From positions 12,090,001 through 12,154,000 of the forward strand of contig CATNEN010000039.1 of assembly GCA_950097015.1 (NCBI GenBank): 64,000 nucleotides of DNA. The letters are read 5' to 3'. The position numbers and the translations under genes were made by a program. The notes under the pieces are model-generated. The model saw nothing but the letters and a program-made list of their open reading frames with translations. It was not told the origin of the DNA and did not search any database. The DNA is from Macrostomum hystrix. Lineage: Eukaryota; Animalia; Platyhelminthes. Of this stretch, positions 23,423 through 37,100 are shown piece by piece; position 1 is the first letter of the stretch, and each line of letters begins with the position of its first letter.

Positions 23423-25225
23423 TTTTGCTGATCAAATTAACTGAAGCAGATTTGAATGCAGTTAGATCTATGATCAGTTAAAATTTTACTTAACACAATT
23501 TATATTTTCTATCAATTTTTTAAATAAGCCACAGTACTTTAAAATTAGGCAAACAAAAAGCACACATTATAGGACTATTATAAGAAGAATTTTGTTATAA
23601 AATCTTAATACTTTGGTTAAATTTTTTGGTAATTTAGGCATAATATTAAAACCATTTTAAGACCTATACAAAAAAGTACTAAATTATTAAATTATAATTT
23701 TATATTTAACACTAGGGAGTAATGCACAGCTCATCCAGGAATAAGGAAAAACAGAAGCAGGACAGGATTTTATAATTTAATATTATAATTATAATACTCA
23801 ATAGCTAAAAGCAAATGCTGATTTCAGTGCATTTTTTGCTAATTATGTATGTACATTAAAAATTACATAAAGGTAAATTCAATAAGGGTCAATGAATGAC
23901 CATGTGAAGCAAAAAATATTACTTTTGGACACTTTACAAAGTGAATTATATATTTTTTATTATACAATTCTCTATAAACAAGTGTGCTTTACTATTAGCC
24001 TGATTCTATCACAAAACAACACAATCAAAGACACAATTTCACTAGATGAATTATGAAAAAAGTGAACATCAGTCTTATTTTATTTTTTTAATCATGCCTT
24101 TAGTACCAGCTTTTCAAAAAAGTATTGCTTATCAAAAAGTCTATATATATATTTTGGGATAATATTATATTCTAAGTTAACCCTGTTGCAAAGAACTAAC
24201 AATTTGTTATGATTATGTATTATAATCAGTATGAAGCATTTATTAAAGTAATAAAGTCTACTAGTGGTCTATGAGAATCCGGCTCAACATCAACGAAATC
24301 TAACACCTATGTTGCATCTTGTCACCCAATGCTGTTGCCAACTGGGGTAACTTCTGTTGAGAAATTTGTGCCCAGTACCTGCTGGATCACCCTGTTGAGC
24401 TGGGTCACCCTGGCTGAGATGTCAAAGTAGACAAGTCCAAATTTTTTTCATTGCAAATATCATGATGAAGCCTACCGCGAGAGCCATTGTGTACTGGGAA
24501 TGGTTGAGCATGGCACTCAAAAGTGCATGATGGTGGTCATTGAAGATCAATGAGCTGTGACACTACTGCCTGTTATCCAACATTACATGCTTCCCAGAAC
24601 ACAAATAATGACAGATGGTTGGGCTGTGCTCAACGCACTGCCAAATCACACATCTGTAAACCACTGGCTCCATTTTGGGGACCCACAAGACCCAACGGTT
24701 TGTATGATTTTATGAACACTATTAAGGGAATGTGGGTAAATTGCAAGGCAAAGCTTTGCTACATGTGTGGGACAAGTAAGGTCTATTCAAAACTCATCTG
24801 CACGAATTTCTGTGGTGCTGTCTATATCCAAGGAATGTGTTCGGCAACTTTCTCTACTGGGTGTCACATTATTATCCCTTCTAATTATCTTTCTTGTGAC
24901 TTTGAACTCTAATTTGAACTTTTTTGGTGGTGGGTCATCTTTTCTGAACCTCTCCAACTACAGTTTGTTGTAATATTTAATAACTTGTTGCTTTTTTAAA
25001 TAAAATAAATTAAATAACAAGCGAAACCATAGTTATTCCCACTAGGCCTACTACACAATCTGAGAACAGTACTATGACATATCAGTCTTTTTGGTTGTTA
25101 TTTTTTGGTTGTTATTCCTTTTTATCAACAAATAAGTCATAAAACTGTTGTTATAAAATCAAATAGAATTTAACGTGCAAAACAAGACGATTACGATTAC
25201 CGAGTTTTCTCTAGTGACTATACTT

Positions 25226-25548
25226 CCCGTGAAAAAATATTATGATAAACTTGACAAGTAACTTTCAAAGTAAACATGACATACTTGAATAATTACAGCA
25301 AAGTATTGTTACAAGCTTGGCAAGTTTGGGATATTGATTTTGAATTTAAAGTTTTTTTCAAGTTTCAACAGATACTAACCTATATGAGATAATAACTTCC
25401 ATGTACTTCCCATATTTGAACTACATGTCGACCGACCTACTTCTTGCCAAGTACTTGGATCTCCAGCATGACAAACTTTTTAAGTACAGTCAAGTACAAA
25501 GTCACTTGACTTGCTGTCTTGACAAGTTTACTATGTTTTTTTCACTAT
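25226..25548. mobile_element. Putative MITE with terminal inverted repeats
   Basis: gtgaaaaaatattatgataaacttgacaag ... cttgacaagtttactatgtttttttcac; internal caagt/acttg motifs. Confidence 0.5.
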
Positions 25549-26759
25549 TATTTTAATTTCCTATTTCTATAGATAGATGATCATGACTACACGGGAAATT
25601 CAATTTTGTTGTAGCGGAAATCATGCAAAAAATTATACAGGATATAGGGGCCTATACAGGAGTCCATGACATTGAATGTCTGAGAAATGTAATCGTAGCT
25701 TTGTGATTTTTCGGACAACGCATCGAGTCGAGTGCTACAAATGTTTAGTGGTACTGGTTTTAGTAGTAGGCTAGCAAGGTAAAGTATCTGTTAAATCCAA
25801 TTTTTTTAAGTTACTATGAGATAAAACTGAAATTATTTTGTAATTAAGTCAGAAAAACGTAAACTTGCTTGTCAACACGCGAGAATGATTTTCTATGAAA
25901 TATTGTCTACTTTTAAAATATTTTACAACAACGATTAAAACAAATAATCACTTTAATATGACAGCAAATTCTACTACAGTCTTGCCAAAGTTTTGACTTA
26001 GTAAATAAAACGAGCTGTGCAAAAACTTTCTCAAAAAAACTTTTTCCAACAGTATCACACTTCCTCAGTAATTTTTTAAAAACTTTCATTGTTAGGGACG
26101 CTCAGCACGAGTTAAGGATTTGAATGCAATGCTTATTCCTCATTTTGTTGTTTCATTCTTTGTATTTAGTTTTCTATTAGCAATATAGAGCTCACAAATA
26201 TTTTTACATTCATAATTGTTACTTTCTTAAGGCGATCAAATTTTAAAAAGCTTCTAATTGAAAATAAATATATGCAAAAAATAAGTTTGACAAACTCACA
26301 CAACTTAGCAATAACATATAATCATATTCTAATATCAAGCTTGTACATCTAAAAGTTAGTATTATACTATTTGGTCAAGTGACTTAGTATAGTAAAAAAT
26401 CGGTGCACTAAAACTTTTCTTTAATTTTAATTGTTTGTTTAGCTTATATTCTCAGAAAAAAACAAGTTATAACATTGCATACTGATAAATAAATTGAAGA
26501 TTATAAATGTAAATCTAAAGTTAAAAAGTTTTTTATTTTTGCTGTTATAGTCTTATTAAAAATAAACTAGAATAATCTGTTTTACCCGCCAATACACAAA
26601 TATAGCTATAAATGAAATCAAATAATTGCATTGCATTTACAATGTAATTGCGATTTCGCAGTTATGTTGATTTATTTAACTAATTGAAGCTATATTTTAT
26701 CTTAACGCTTTTATATACTTACTAAAATGCTGTACACTTCAGCTAAGAAAAGTAACCGA

Positions 26760-28272
26760 ATGGAGAATTCAAGAACATCTTCGAGGAGCTCTACTTTCAG
26801 CCCGAAAATGTATACATTCATGGCGTAAGTAATATATGAAATGAAAGACTCGGTTAAAAAAGGCAGAGCAATCATTTGAATCGAATTCTAAACACTTACC
26901 CTGATCAGCGAGTCGACTCCGCGGGACCACAGCGACATGGGCCAGCTAGGCAGGCAGGAGCCGTCGCTGTTCTCCGGGCGCGCTGGTCGACACCGTCAGC
27001 AGCTGGCGCCAGACTCATCAGTCTTTCAGATGCAGCGCGCCTCACCGTTCAAGCAGGCGGTTCAGGGCTCCCGGCTGCAGGTTAAAAAGCTGGATCGCGA
27101 ACAGGTCAGTAATTATCATTACCTTCACGATTCCTTCTGAATTTTATGTAAGGGTTGCCGTCACAACAAAGTTAAAGGCGGCTTTGCTTCTCGGCTAAAA
27201 GGGGAGCATTAGTTCTTAGCCAAGGGCGGCTGTTGACTGTAAAATGGGGCAAACTTTTCAAAATGGGGGTAATTACATCTCTATTCAATAGGCTAGTAAG
27301 TTCACTAAAAATCAAAGCTTTCCAGCGGCAAGAAATCATCTAGACCATAAATTTCGCTCACCCAGACAGCAAGGCGTCAGACACATCCAGGCGAGAGTCT
27401 GATGGCCAGGACAGAGCAGTCTGTAGAACTGGTCCGTCAGCAGATCCTGGTCGATGAAGCAACGCCAAGCGCCGGGAGGAAGTCTGGCAGGCTTCAAAAG
27501 GGACAGTGAGTGCTTGTGCTGACTAGCTAGTTTGTTGGCAATCTGTTGTTCTCGAACACACGCGGATACAGCTGTGTATATGCTCGGATTCCTCTACTCA
27601 TGGAGCGTCTCGGAGGTTGGACCTTGTTGGCGCTATTTCCGATACCAAACCCTAAGCCTTTTCTCCCCATTCACGCCTTGCTACAAAATACTCGTATAAA
27701 TGCTATAAACTCAAAAGTTGATGCGTCTTCTAATCAGTTTAAACCTGATTAGGACGTCAATAAATAAAATATCGATTGAATTGCAGCCTTCAGCCAATGC
27801 GGCTCGCGCGGGTGCATGGACCGCCGATTCAGCAGTGCTGTGGAATTATGCCGCGTGAGTTCCAATGGTTCAAGCATGCATTTTTGCGCATTGTGTGTGA
27901 GTAGAAAGCACAAGTTTTTTTATCGAATATAACTCGACTTGCTGTCCACACTCATTTGAACTTTAATGAGCAGAGAAAGCAATCAGCACTTTCGGTGTCA
28001 CGGCCACCATACAAAGACACGGCCAGATCATAGCTAACCTGGACACCACTCGCGAGATGTACCAGAGCCTTGCCAACCAGTACGCAGCTGCGGCTGCCTC
28101 CTCCGCTGTCATCGGAGCTGGAGTCAAATCAGGCAGCAATCCTGTCGGCAGATACCGGCCGGACACGTCGGAGTCAGTGCACCGAACCTCCGTCGCCTCC
28201 GAGGAGGAGCTCGGTGATGACATTGACGATGAACTCGATGAGCTGCGAGGCCCCAGCGATGGCGCTGTTTGA
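26760..28272 (+). CDS. Uncharacterised protein of about 255 aa (exons 26760-26824, 26909-27104, 27366-27505, 27787-27854, 27974-28272)
   Basis: Five GC-rich blocks joined by GT..AG introns whose phases (2,0,2,1) give one open frame MENSRTSS...DELRGPSDGAV*; no family recognised. Confidence 0.6.
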
Positions 28273-30689
28273 AATACCGTGAAACTGGACTGTACCCATG
28301 ATTTTTTTATGTTTTATTATGACTCTTTCTTAGTTAACTAAAAGTTAGTTTTTTAGTTAGCAAATCAGTTCGTCAGCAAATTTGGAGCAATGGCGCATCA
28401 CCTGGGCGACAGACCACCGGTTACCAACTTGAATAGCTCGTACAATTATATTTTTCATACCAATTCCCCTGGTCCCTGAGCAGGGGCAGACACACACACA
28501 TACAAGCTCTCACACGGGTGTGTACATCTACCCTGACTTTCTCATCTTCAGGCAGTGTACACTCTCGCGAGTGCAACTCATGGACGAAAACGGCGCTGGC
28601 CTCACCACGGATTCGAGTTTTGTAACCTTGGTGCGATGGTCAGGCGTGGTCACCGCTCAGCCACTCACCCCGTCAAGTATTTCGAGAGCTTGTTTTGTTT
28701 TGTTAACAGATAATTCTGTGATTTAACAAGCTGCTTCCTTTCTCACTAGCAGTATGTGCTGGTCCTATTTTTAACTTTTAGCTTATCAACGAACGATTAA
28801 GTTTATTTGATATAACCATTTTTTTCGTTAATGCTCTGTTCTATACTGCTTAGAACTTCTGCTGATTGATAGTGATTTTGTAAATTAATTGCCTCTAATT
28901 TACGATAACTGTTGGCTTAATGTACGTCTATGCTTTAGCAGACAGTAACATTTAGATAAATTTTGTGATTATTTCTACTACATAGTTTGTTATTTTGCGT
29001 GTCGTGCACCGAATCGACTTTCGGTGTTTGTGGATACGTTATGTCTTCATTTCAGTGGATGAATTTGAGCATGCGCTAAAGAGATTACTTATTTTGTGCA
29101 TTGTGTGACAATAGAATAAGATAATAAATCGACTGCTTGCCTTGTACCGTGACACGAATTCGTAATGATAAATAACAGTAGCTCGACAAAATATTTTCAG
29201 ACCGGTCTGTGGTCTAGTTATATTTTCTCTACGCTGTTATTCACTGATCAATCATTATTTCCGAACTGATTTAACAAGTCAGGGTCGGGTTCAACAAGTC
29301 TGATCTGATTATCAATCTCTAATCAAAAGCTTTGCAACTCAAAGCGCATAGAATTTGACTTGTACTGGCGGTCTACTCCAGCACACCGTCCACTACGCAG
29401 ATCTTCATGCTCGGACTGAGCACAATTGTCATGTCCTTGAGCTCGTCCTGACAGCATCCTGGCTTGTGCCGAAATTCGATTCTCCTTATATTAGTGGGCC
29501 TCGGAAAGCTGTATTGAAAAAAAAGATGAGAAAAATCTGATCCTGTTGTCCCTCATGGCGTGTTCTCGTTGTTGTCTATGGTCTCTCTGCACTCGTCATT
29601 ACGCAAGGCAGCAAAGCTAGCTAGCAAAGTCTTGCTATTGTAGGCGACACCATCGGGGCAGATGACGCATTGGCCAAGGCAAAGTTCAAATCGCACTGCT
29701 CACATTTCAGCATGTCCCGGCGGGACATTCAGCGCAGTCGGAATCGCAGCACGACACTTTGTACACGCAGAGGTACCCTCGATAGACGAGAGTAAGTGCT
29801 AGCTGGACGCTTCGTACAGGCGGTGGCACCTGACGAGATATACTCACCCGGTATTCATGCCGCGCGACTGTTGTCGGAGATGAGGACGTCAGTCAGCGAC
29901 ATAGACTTGAGATTCTTGACATGGTCGATTACCAAGTAGGACATGCGAGTGTGATCATCTGTCTTATTGATCCTGTGTGAGATTTCATTAGAGCCTGCGT
30001 GATGACGTGCAAAACCGAGGCTCCGAGTAATTTTTTAACTGATTCGATCGATAAATACGAGCATCAGGCCAGTCTTCTTTGAAAACTTTCCGATGATTCT
30101 ACTTTCCGTTTAAAAAAAGAGAACGGAAATTTTCCGTTAGGTTGAAGCAAAGCTAAGCGACATGCGCCAATTTTTTTAATTCTTTGTCTGTAGCATATTT
30201 TAATGTAAATTTTAGTTTTTAACAAATCAAAAATGAGAAACACGCTTTTACCCATAAATCACGACGGTTACCTGTAGCTCAATATAAAGTTCCAACGCCA
30301 TATTTTACACGTGGTCTTTATTTAATGTAAACTGTTTGCTTAAATGTTCTTGACATATTGGGTCTGGAATGGGTGTTTTCTGTTTAAAAATGATTATGAC
30401 TGTGAAGCTCTAAGCGCCGACTTGTGTGATTAAACACGGATAAAACTTGATAGAACTTTGAAGTATATCCCGTTTAGTTTGCCTGTAACGTAACTACGAC
30501 CAAAATCTAACCCCGAGACTTTCAAAGGTGAGAGAGTGATTAGCTTGGTCATTGAAGTCGTCCATCACGAAGTGAAAGTCAAGGAACATTACCGCCGCCT
30601 GCACTCAACCAACACGCCCGTCAACACAAGGACAGAAAATTTGAACGGGGACATTGTTTGCACACCCTAGCAGCTACGCACACCTACTA

Positions 30690-30703
30690 GTTGCTATGGA
30701 GAC
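30690..30703 (+). promoter_or_regulatory. RFX X-box upstream of the DCX-EMAP-like gene
   Basis: GTTGCTATGGAGAC, about 490 bp before the ATG at 31189. Confidence 0.5.
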
Positions 30704-31188
30704 TTTCCAAATTGGCTATTATGATGATTCTACCTGAGATTCATCTGAGATACACGAGCGATATTGAATTATTGTTCTGATCTTCAATACTGATTAATGA
30801 CAAATTCAAATAAGTCCGTCTACTAGCTTCGTGGGAGTTTGTGCACAATTTTGAGTATAGTAGAGCATGCAGCGATAAGCAAGACGCAGTACTAGCTCTG
30901 CCTGCTTCCCAAAAGCAAAGGCCAGTCACAGCCTGAACGGAACATTGTTTGCACACAAGATCCCTCAGACTGCAAACTGCGAGTCTCAGATGGTCCAAGT
31001 CCTTCGCTCAGTATCCGCACCGGGGCGGACCGCCTGTTGACTCTGGCCGTTTTTCTTCCCTCAGCTTCTACTCTTCTTCATCTCCCCCACTGGCTCACAG
31101 AGTCTCTCGTATCTCTACAGGCTTTAAATTTTTGTGAAATCCTCACGGCTTTGAAGTAAATCAAAAACTGTTTTTTGCACCAAGCACA

Positions 31189-34100
31189 ATGTACCAAGAG
31201 TTTCTGCTAGCCAGTCATCCGCAGTCTGAGCAGCGGGTTGGCCATGGCAGCGGCTTCTTGGCCGGTACTGACGACCAGACAAAAGCGATGTCATCCGACG
31301 TTTCCGATGATGAGGAGGAGGCTGCAACTGAGGCCGAAGAAGATGCTGGGGTGAGTTTAGTCTAGCAGCGGTCCGACACTTCCAAGCTATGGGACTTTCT
31401 TATCATCCTCATGCAGTATTGCTGTTTCTTGTACTATAACAACTATTTGAAACCATAAAGCCTATTTAAGAAATAGGGCATATTGTTTCAATTAAAAAAT
31501 CTATTTTAACAGACTAAAATGCTTACAGACCAATATTTCCAAATGCCATTGTCTCAAATGGCTTAAAATTATTATGGAACGAAATTCATCTTAATGTGAG
31601 GAGGCAGTTCTGCTGATCCCTCAATTACCTGAAAGACTATATGCACACGGATTTGAACTGCAGGCAACCACTTACATATTATTTGTTGTCTAGTGTTTAT
31701 AACCAATCTACCTTAACTTTCTCGCCTCTCAATGGGCGTCTATAGCTCGACAAGCAGTTCTTAGGTATTCTCTCCGCGGCTGCGCCCCAAATGATTTTGG
31801 CGTGGTCGCGGATTCGAACTCAGAGCGCCTAGTGGGAGAAGCACCTCAGAGCACCTTTGATCTCTAAACAAACCTCGATAGACGAATGTTATAATGTTCG
31901 TCTAACATTCTAGAATATGCAGATATAAACTTTGATGTTTAGGAACCACCGCCTCCGTTGGGAGTTCGCGACATTGACCCCAACGACATCCACGACGAGG
32001 ACTGGGATCTGCGGCCACCTGTTATCCTCCTGCCAGCCGGAGGCTCGAAGGCGACTGGCTACAGACGAAGCCATCTAGCCGCATCTGATGATGAGAACGA
32101 CTTCTCAACTTATCTTGACGAGAATGACAAGGTGAGTTGGCAAAAATAGCATTACATGGACCCGATATTAACACTGATCCAAAGAAGCATCTGGTTAGTA
32201 AAGGAGGAATAACGGATCTTACGTCTAACCTCCTCTCGCAAATAGCAGATTGAAGTAAAAAAGTAGCACAGCGTTGACTATGCACTGTCTGTGAAATGTT
32301 GGTTATTCTAGTAGAGCACGGGTCGGCAAACTCCGGCCCGCGGGCCAGATGCGGCCCTCGGAGGTTGGAGGTTGGCCCTCCCGAATCCTTTCCTTCACCT
32401 ATGGTATCCTGCCTCAAATTTTACCTGTCTCATCAACTCCCTTATCTGGAGATGGAGTCTTATCTCTCCTGTCTCATCTCTCCCCTTTCTCATATTCCTA
32501 CAGTTAATGCGGACCGCTGTCGTCTTTTAGGTTGTCTCCATGACCCGCAAGCAAAGCCGTTTGCCAAACTCTGCGGTAGAGTGATCAAGCTAAGACACAT
32601 TGCACTCGTATTTTTAGGGTATGGGTATTTTTGTATTAACCAAAAAAGTCGGGGCGTTGTGTGAATGTCCATGGCTACGGCTTGCTATATCTGTCTTGCT
32701 AAACAGCCTTCGACTTTGGCCATAGAAATTTTGAACGTGCAACAATGATGTATTGTTATATGCGTCTATGGGTGTTAGTTTCACTATAATACAACGCCCT
32801 AGAGAGTGGCACCAAATGTTCAAGCAGGCAGCGAAATATATCAATATTTCAAATTTCAAATTTGATTTGATTTATATTTCAAATCAATATATCAAATTTG
32901 ATAGGCTGCAGAGGGCTGAAACGATGTAAAACGTTGAGTCACGTAGCGCCGAGGTGTTTCACCTTTCAGCCCGAGCAGCCTATCCATATTAGTGTTGTAG
33001 TTAGCCTACGCGTGTTGAAACGAGGTTGAAATTAACGGCAGCCCGCCCTCTGCTGTTGTCTATGGCCGAATTCCTATGTCTATGATTTAAATGCGTTTCA
33101 CGGCCCGCCCGCTGTGCATATCGATGGAATTCGGCATATATATAGAAAAGTATTATATATATATATATACTACTCTAAGTAGGATCTCTCCTTTCTCAGT
33201 AAAAATACTCAAACAGACCGTTTTAAATTTATTGAATATTGAGATAGGGTTTCAGCAATCATACATTTCAATTTACATTTCAAACGATTGTACAACGATT
33301 GATTGAAGGCGCTAGAAAACTACGTTGCTAATGAAAACTAAACCTAACATGCGCAATGATTAGGCTGTGGGTCACAGGTTATGCCGAGCGGGCAAGAAAC
33401 TACAATAACTCATTGCTATTTTAAGCCAAGTCATTCATTAGCATTAAATACAGAGACTTTGCTGCATTCAATGTTTCCAGACTATCAATTATTCAGAAAA
33501 ATTCTTGCAGGCTGTAGCAGACCAACAATGCAATGTCATATGCTATTCTATCAGCGAAGCTGTACTCGCGAAGCCCTATTGAAGCTGCCCTACAGTTTGT
33601 CCTTGGCATTCCCCAAGGCAGAAACAATGCTGCAGATTTGAGGCAGCAGCAATGTCATGCCGGAATGACAAAACATGTACAGCGGCTCTTCCTCTGCCCC
33701 AATGAGCAGCAACAATAAAAAAACTGCTGCTAGGGGGCTGGGGTTGGAGGCTGAGCATAAAGCAAGACCAGCCTAAGCCGGGATGGGGAAGAGAAAGAGA
33801 GTGCGAGAGGGGGTGGAGCAGGGGGACAGGAATGACTCGAACTGGCTTATATAGCAGTCTTGCCGGTTGTTCGAATTGGCCCTAACATATCTTTATGTAT
33901 TCTGCCGTTCGGCTGCAGTTAGCAAGTTCATTACCAGCTGTTACCCGAAACAACGCGAAGGTGAGTTAATTAGCGGATGAGATTATTACTGGCAGACTAT
34001 CAAGCCGTTTTGCAGATTTCATCATTTTCTTCTCAAAGTCGATCCTGCATCCCACACCTACTTTTTCCTGAATTTCAATAAAGCCTGATAAACTGTGATG

Positions 34101-37100
34101 ATTTCCTAGAATACTGCCCCGCCTCATTCGCTGAATACATTCTACAGCCGGCAGCCTCAGCCGCCGCAGTTGCAGCAGACGCCGCTTCAACAGTCGCCGA
34201 CTTTGAAGCGGCCGCAATGAGGGCTGCCGAACGAGTGGCAGCTGCCGATGCCGTCGCCGACGAGAAGCGCTACGTGTTCGTCGCGCAGACATCGGCAACT
34301 TCACGGACTGAGCCAGTCCAGCAGAATGAGCAGCACCTCAACCATCATCAGCATCGGCACGATTTATCTGACTCCGAGATGGACGACTTCACAGCGCCGT
34401 CGGCTCACTTTAACGGTAGGCCGAGTGGAAAAATCTACTAAATTAATACATATTTATCGAAATAATGTTTTCCGGATAAGTACGTGGTCATCCATAGCTA
34501 ATCTGGGACTCATTATCGACTCAAAAGCTAGCAACCTTTTAGCTCAACCTGTTGATTGGAGAAGAGAATGCTGACTGCTGAAATGCATCGCGCGTGTGTG
34601 GGGGGGCAATTCTGACAGGCGGGCACGTTGCCATGGCAACACAGATAAGGACTAATGGAGAGAGAATGGAGCCGATGGAGGAGGGCAGGTGAAGAACGTG
34701 GATGCTGCATGAGCATCGGCTGGAGAGGCCGTTATGCAGATGGAAAAAGCGCAGACAATTTTCTGAGTGCTCAGTTCAACGTCTCTACCCCCCCCCTAAA
34801 AAGCAAAGAAGCCGAGAATAATGAAAAAACTGGGATTTATTCCTGCTGCATCTCCCTACAATTGCTTCGCCAGAGACAATTAGAAGGCTCGAAAAGCAGT
34901 AGCAGAGGCAATTTTATCACAAAGCGAAGCCCATTTTTTTCTTTGCCTGTTGCTCATTCTTCGTTTATTGGCCCGACATTCGGCTTTGCTATTATTGTTT
35001 TCCTTTTGCCAGCTTCCGATGTCCGGTGTAAAAAAATTGCAAAAGGGGAGAAAATTACGGAAAAAGATTCACACTGATGATAAGTTTCGTTCTTTAGGTT
35101 TCCTTTTTCTCTGGCTCTCTTTAGAGCCGACGCAAGTTTCACAAGTCAACCTTCAGGGACTTGAGGTTGATGGCACGATAAACCAAAACTAAGAGTGTGT
35201 AGAGAGGTTCAGCGGTGGATTCGAACTACTGACCTTTAATATGAAATACGGACGCTCTGGATTGCTAAGCGACGGCACTAAAAATTATTTCTTAAACTAA
35301 GTTAATCTTTTGTTGGTATATTAGTTTATGATGTACTCGTACTGAAGCCTGGTCTTTCCATTTGTCTAGCTATTTGGGAAATCATTTTGAGATGCGGGGA
35401 AAACAGAAAAGACAGGCTATTTCAGATTTTTTCTTGTCGATTTTTACCTGATGGACGTTCAGGGGGGTAGAAAAACTCCCCCCCCTGAAAGTTTTTTGAA
35501 AGCGCCCGAATGCGTTGGGTGGTGACGTTGGGTGGTGACTGATTGGTTGACAGCCTAGGCGATGGTGTCCTTTGGTTGAGCTGCGCCTAATATTTAGGCT
35601 TGATCAGTAAAATTTGAGAAATTCGCGTCAGGGTGTCCATAGTGGCCTAGTTCCACCTGTTGTAGCCCTTGAAGGTCCAGTAGTCCGACTAGATAAAGGT
35701 AGGTGACCACCGAAGACGGAGATAAAGTAGGCACATTCGGGTGACATGCTAATAAATTTTGAAGGCCTGGCAAGGCCGCACTGAAGCGCAATGCAAATTT
35801 CTGTATAGGGGTTGTATGAAATACACTATCGCTTATGGGAAAAATCCAACCTTCGGCCAGAACCATTGAATATATCGACGGCCTGAAGAGCTGGCGACTT
35901 GATTCTTGTTTCAGACGATGCGCGCAACAAAAAGTTGGCCCGTGTTCTTGAGTTTCTTGTGCTTCGTTGCTCCGTTCGGGTGCAGCAAAAAAATGGTCAG
36001 GGGTGATTCACCCCTTGATAGTTCTTAACAGGTTCTTAACTCTTAGTTCTTAACTCTTAGTTCTTAACTCTTAGTTCTTAACTCTTAGTTCTTAACTCTT
36101 AGTTCTTAACTCTTAACAGGCTTTTTTATTAATGCGACAACAGAAATGAATGCAGCGTCAATGAATCCTAACCAGAAATAAAACCTGTACGAGTTGAGTT
36201 ACAAGTGTAAAAATGTATGCTTAAATCAATAACTTTTGAAACTAACCCTCAAAATTCAGAACCCTAGCTTCATATTCGCATCAGAAGCAGTTCTTACAGT
36301 TCTTACAATAACATGAATGACAAGGGTTCATTCTGGTTGAAAACATGCAGAAACGTCTGAAAAGTTTCGTCCAGAATTAGACTAAACAGCTGAGTTGTTG
36401 AGTACCTTTCATAACGATTTTCTTTAAGAGTCACAGAGCCAAGGACTGACAACAGATAAAGGGAGAGATTAGAGTCAACCCGGCCCCAGCAATCCAATGC
36501 ATTCTCTTTAGCAGAAGCCACTCACAAACTCTGTCAACAATGAGATTACTCAGTGATGCAGCGTGAGCTTGTGGTCTAGAGGGAAAGTCAGCATGAAGCC
36601 ACTGTTGGCAATATTTGCTTTTAAACAAAAATGTTCGTTTGAAAAACTCTGCTTAATAAATGACTATTCTATTAGCAAGCGGGTTCGGTGAGCTTGTGGA
36701 CAGAGGGAAAAGAGAGGCCAAGTGAGTCCAGTAGGACTTAGAGACAGCTTTGTTTTAAAAATTCTCAGCAGCTAGGCTTCTTTGAAAGACCAACTTTCAA
36801 TGGGTAAGTCATCGATTAGAAGTCGAATCCGTTTATTTAACTATTTTGCCCGGGGAGCTGCCACACCTGCCAAAGTCTCTACCTCAGCTGATGTGTAGTA
36901 CCTATTTAACAGCTAGGTAATTTAAGAGTCTTAATCCAGGACACAAACAACTTTTCTCTAGGTTTGAATTCCAGATTCGAACTCCGGCCCCCTCGGTCAG
37001 AAGTCGGAAAATCTAATATAAGAAGCTCTGATAAACGAGCTTCTTATATCTTTAAAAGAAAGTATTGCCATAAGAGATTACAGCATAGCAACAGCTTAGC

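Noticed and set aside
24250-24970. GC-richer block with Cys-rich ORF 24550-24912
   Set aside because: No recognisable motif or splice structure; probably a decayed repeat, which I cannot assign.
29350-30010. Possible minus-strand exons or transposon remnant
   Set aside because: Short open stretches and a donor-like site, but no consistent frame or recognisable product.
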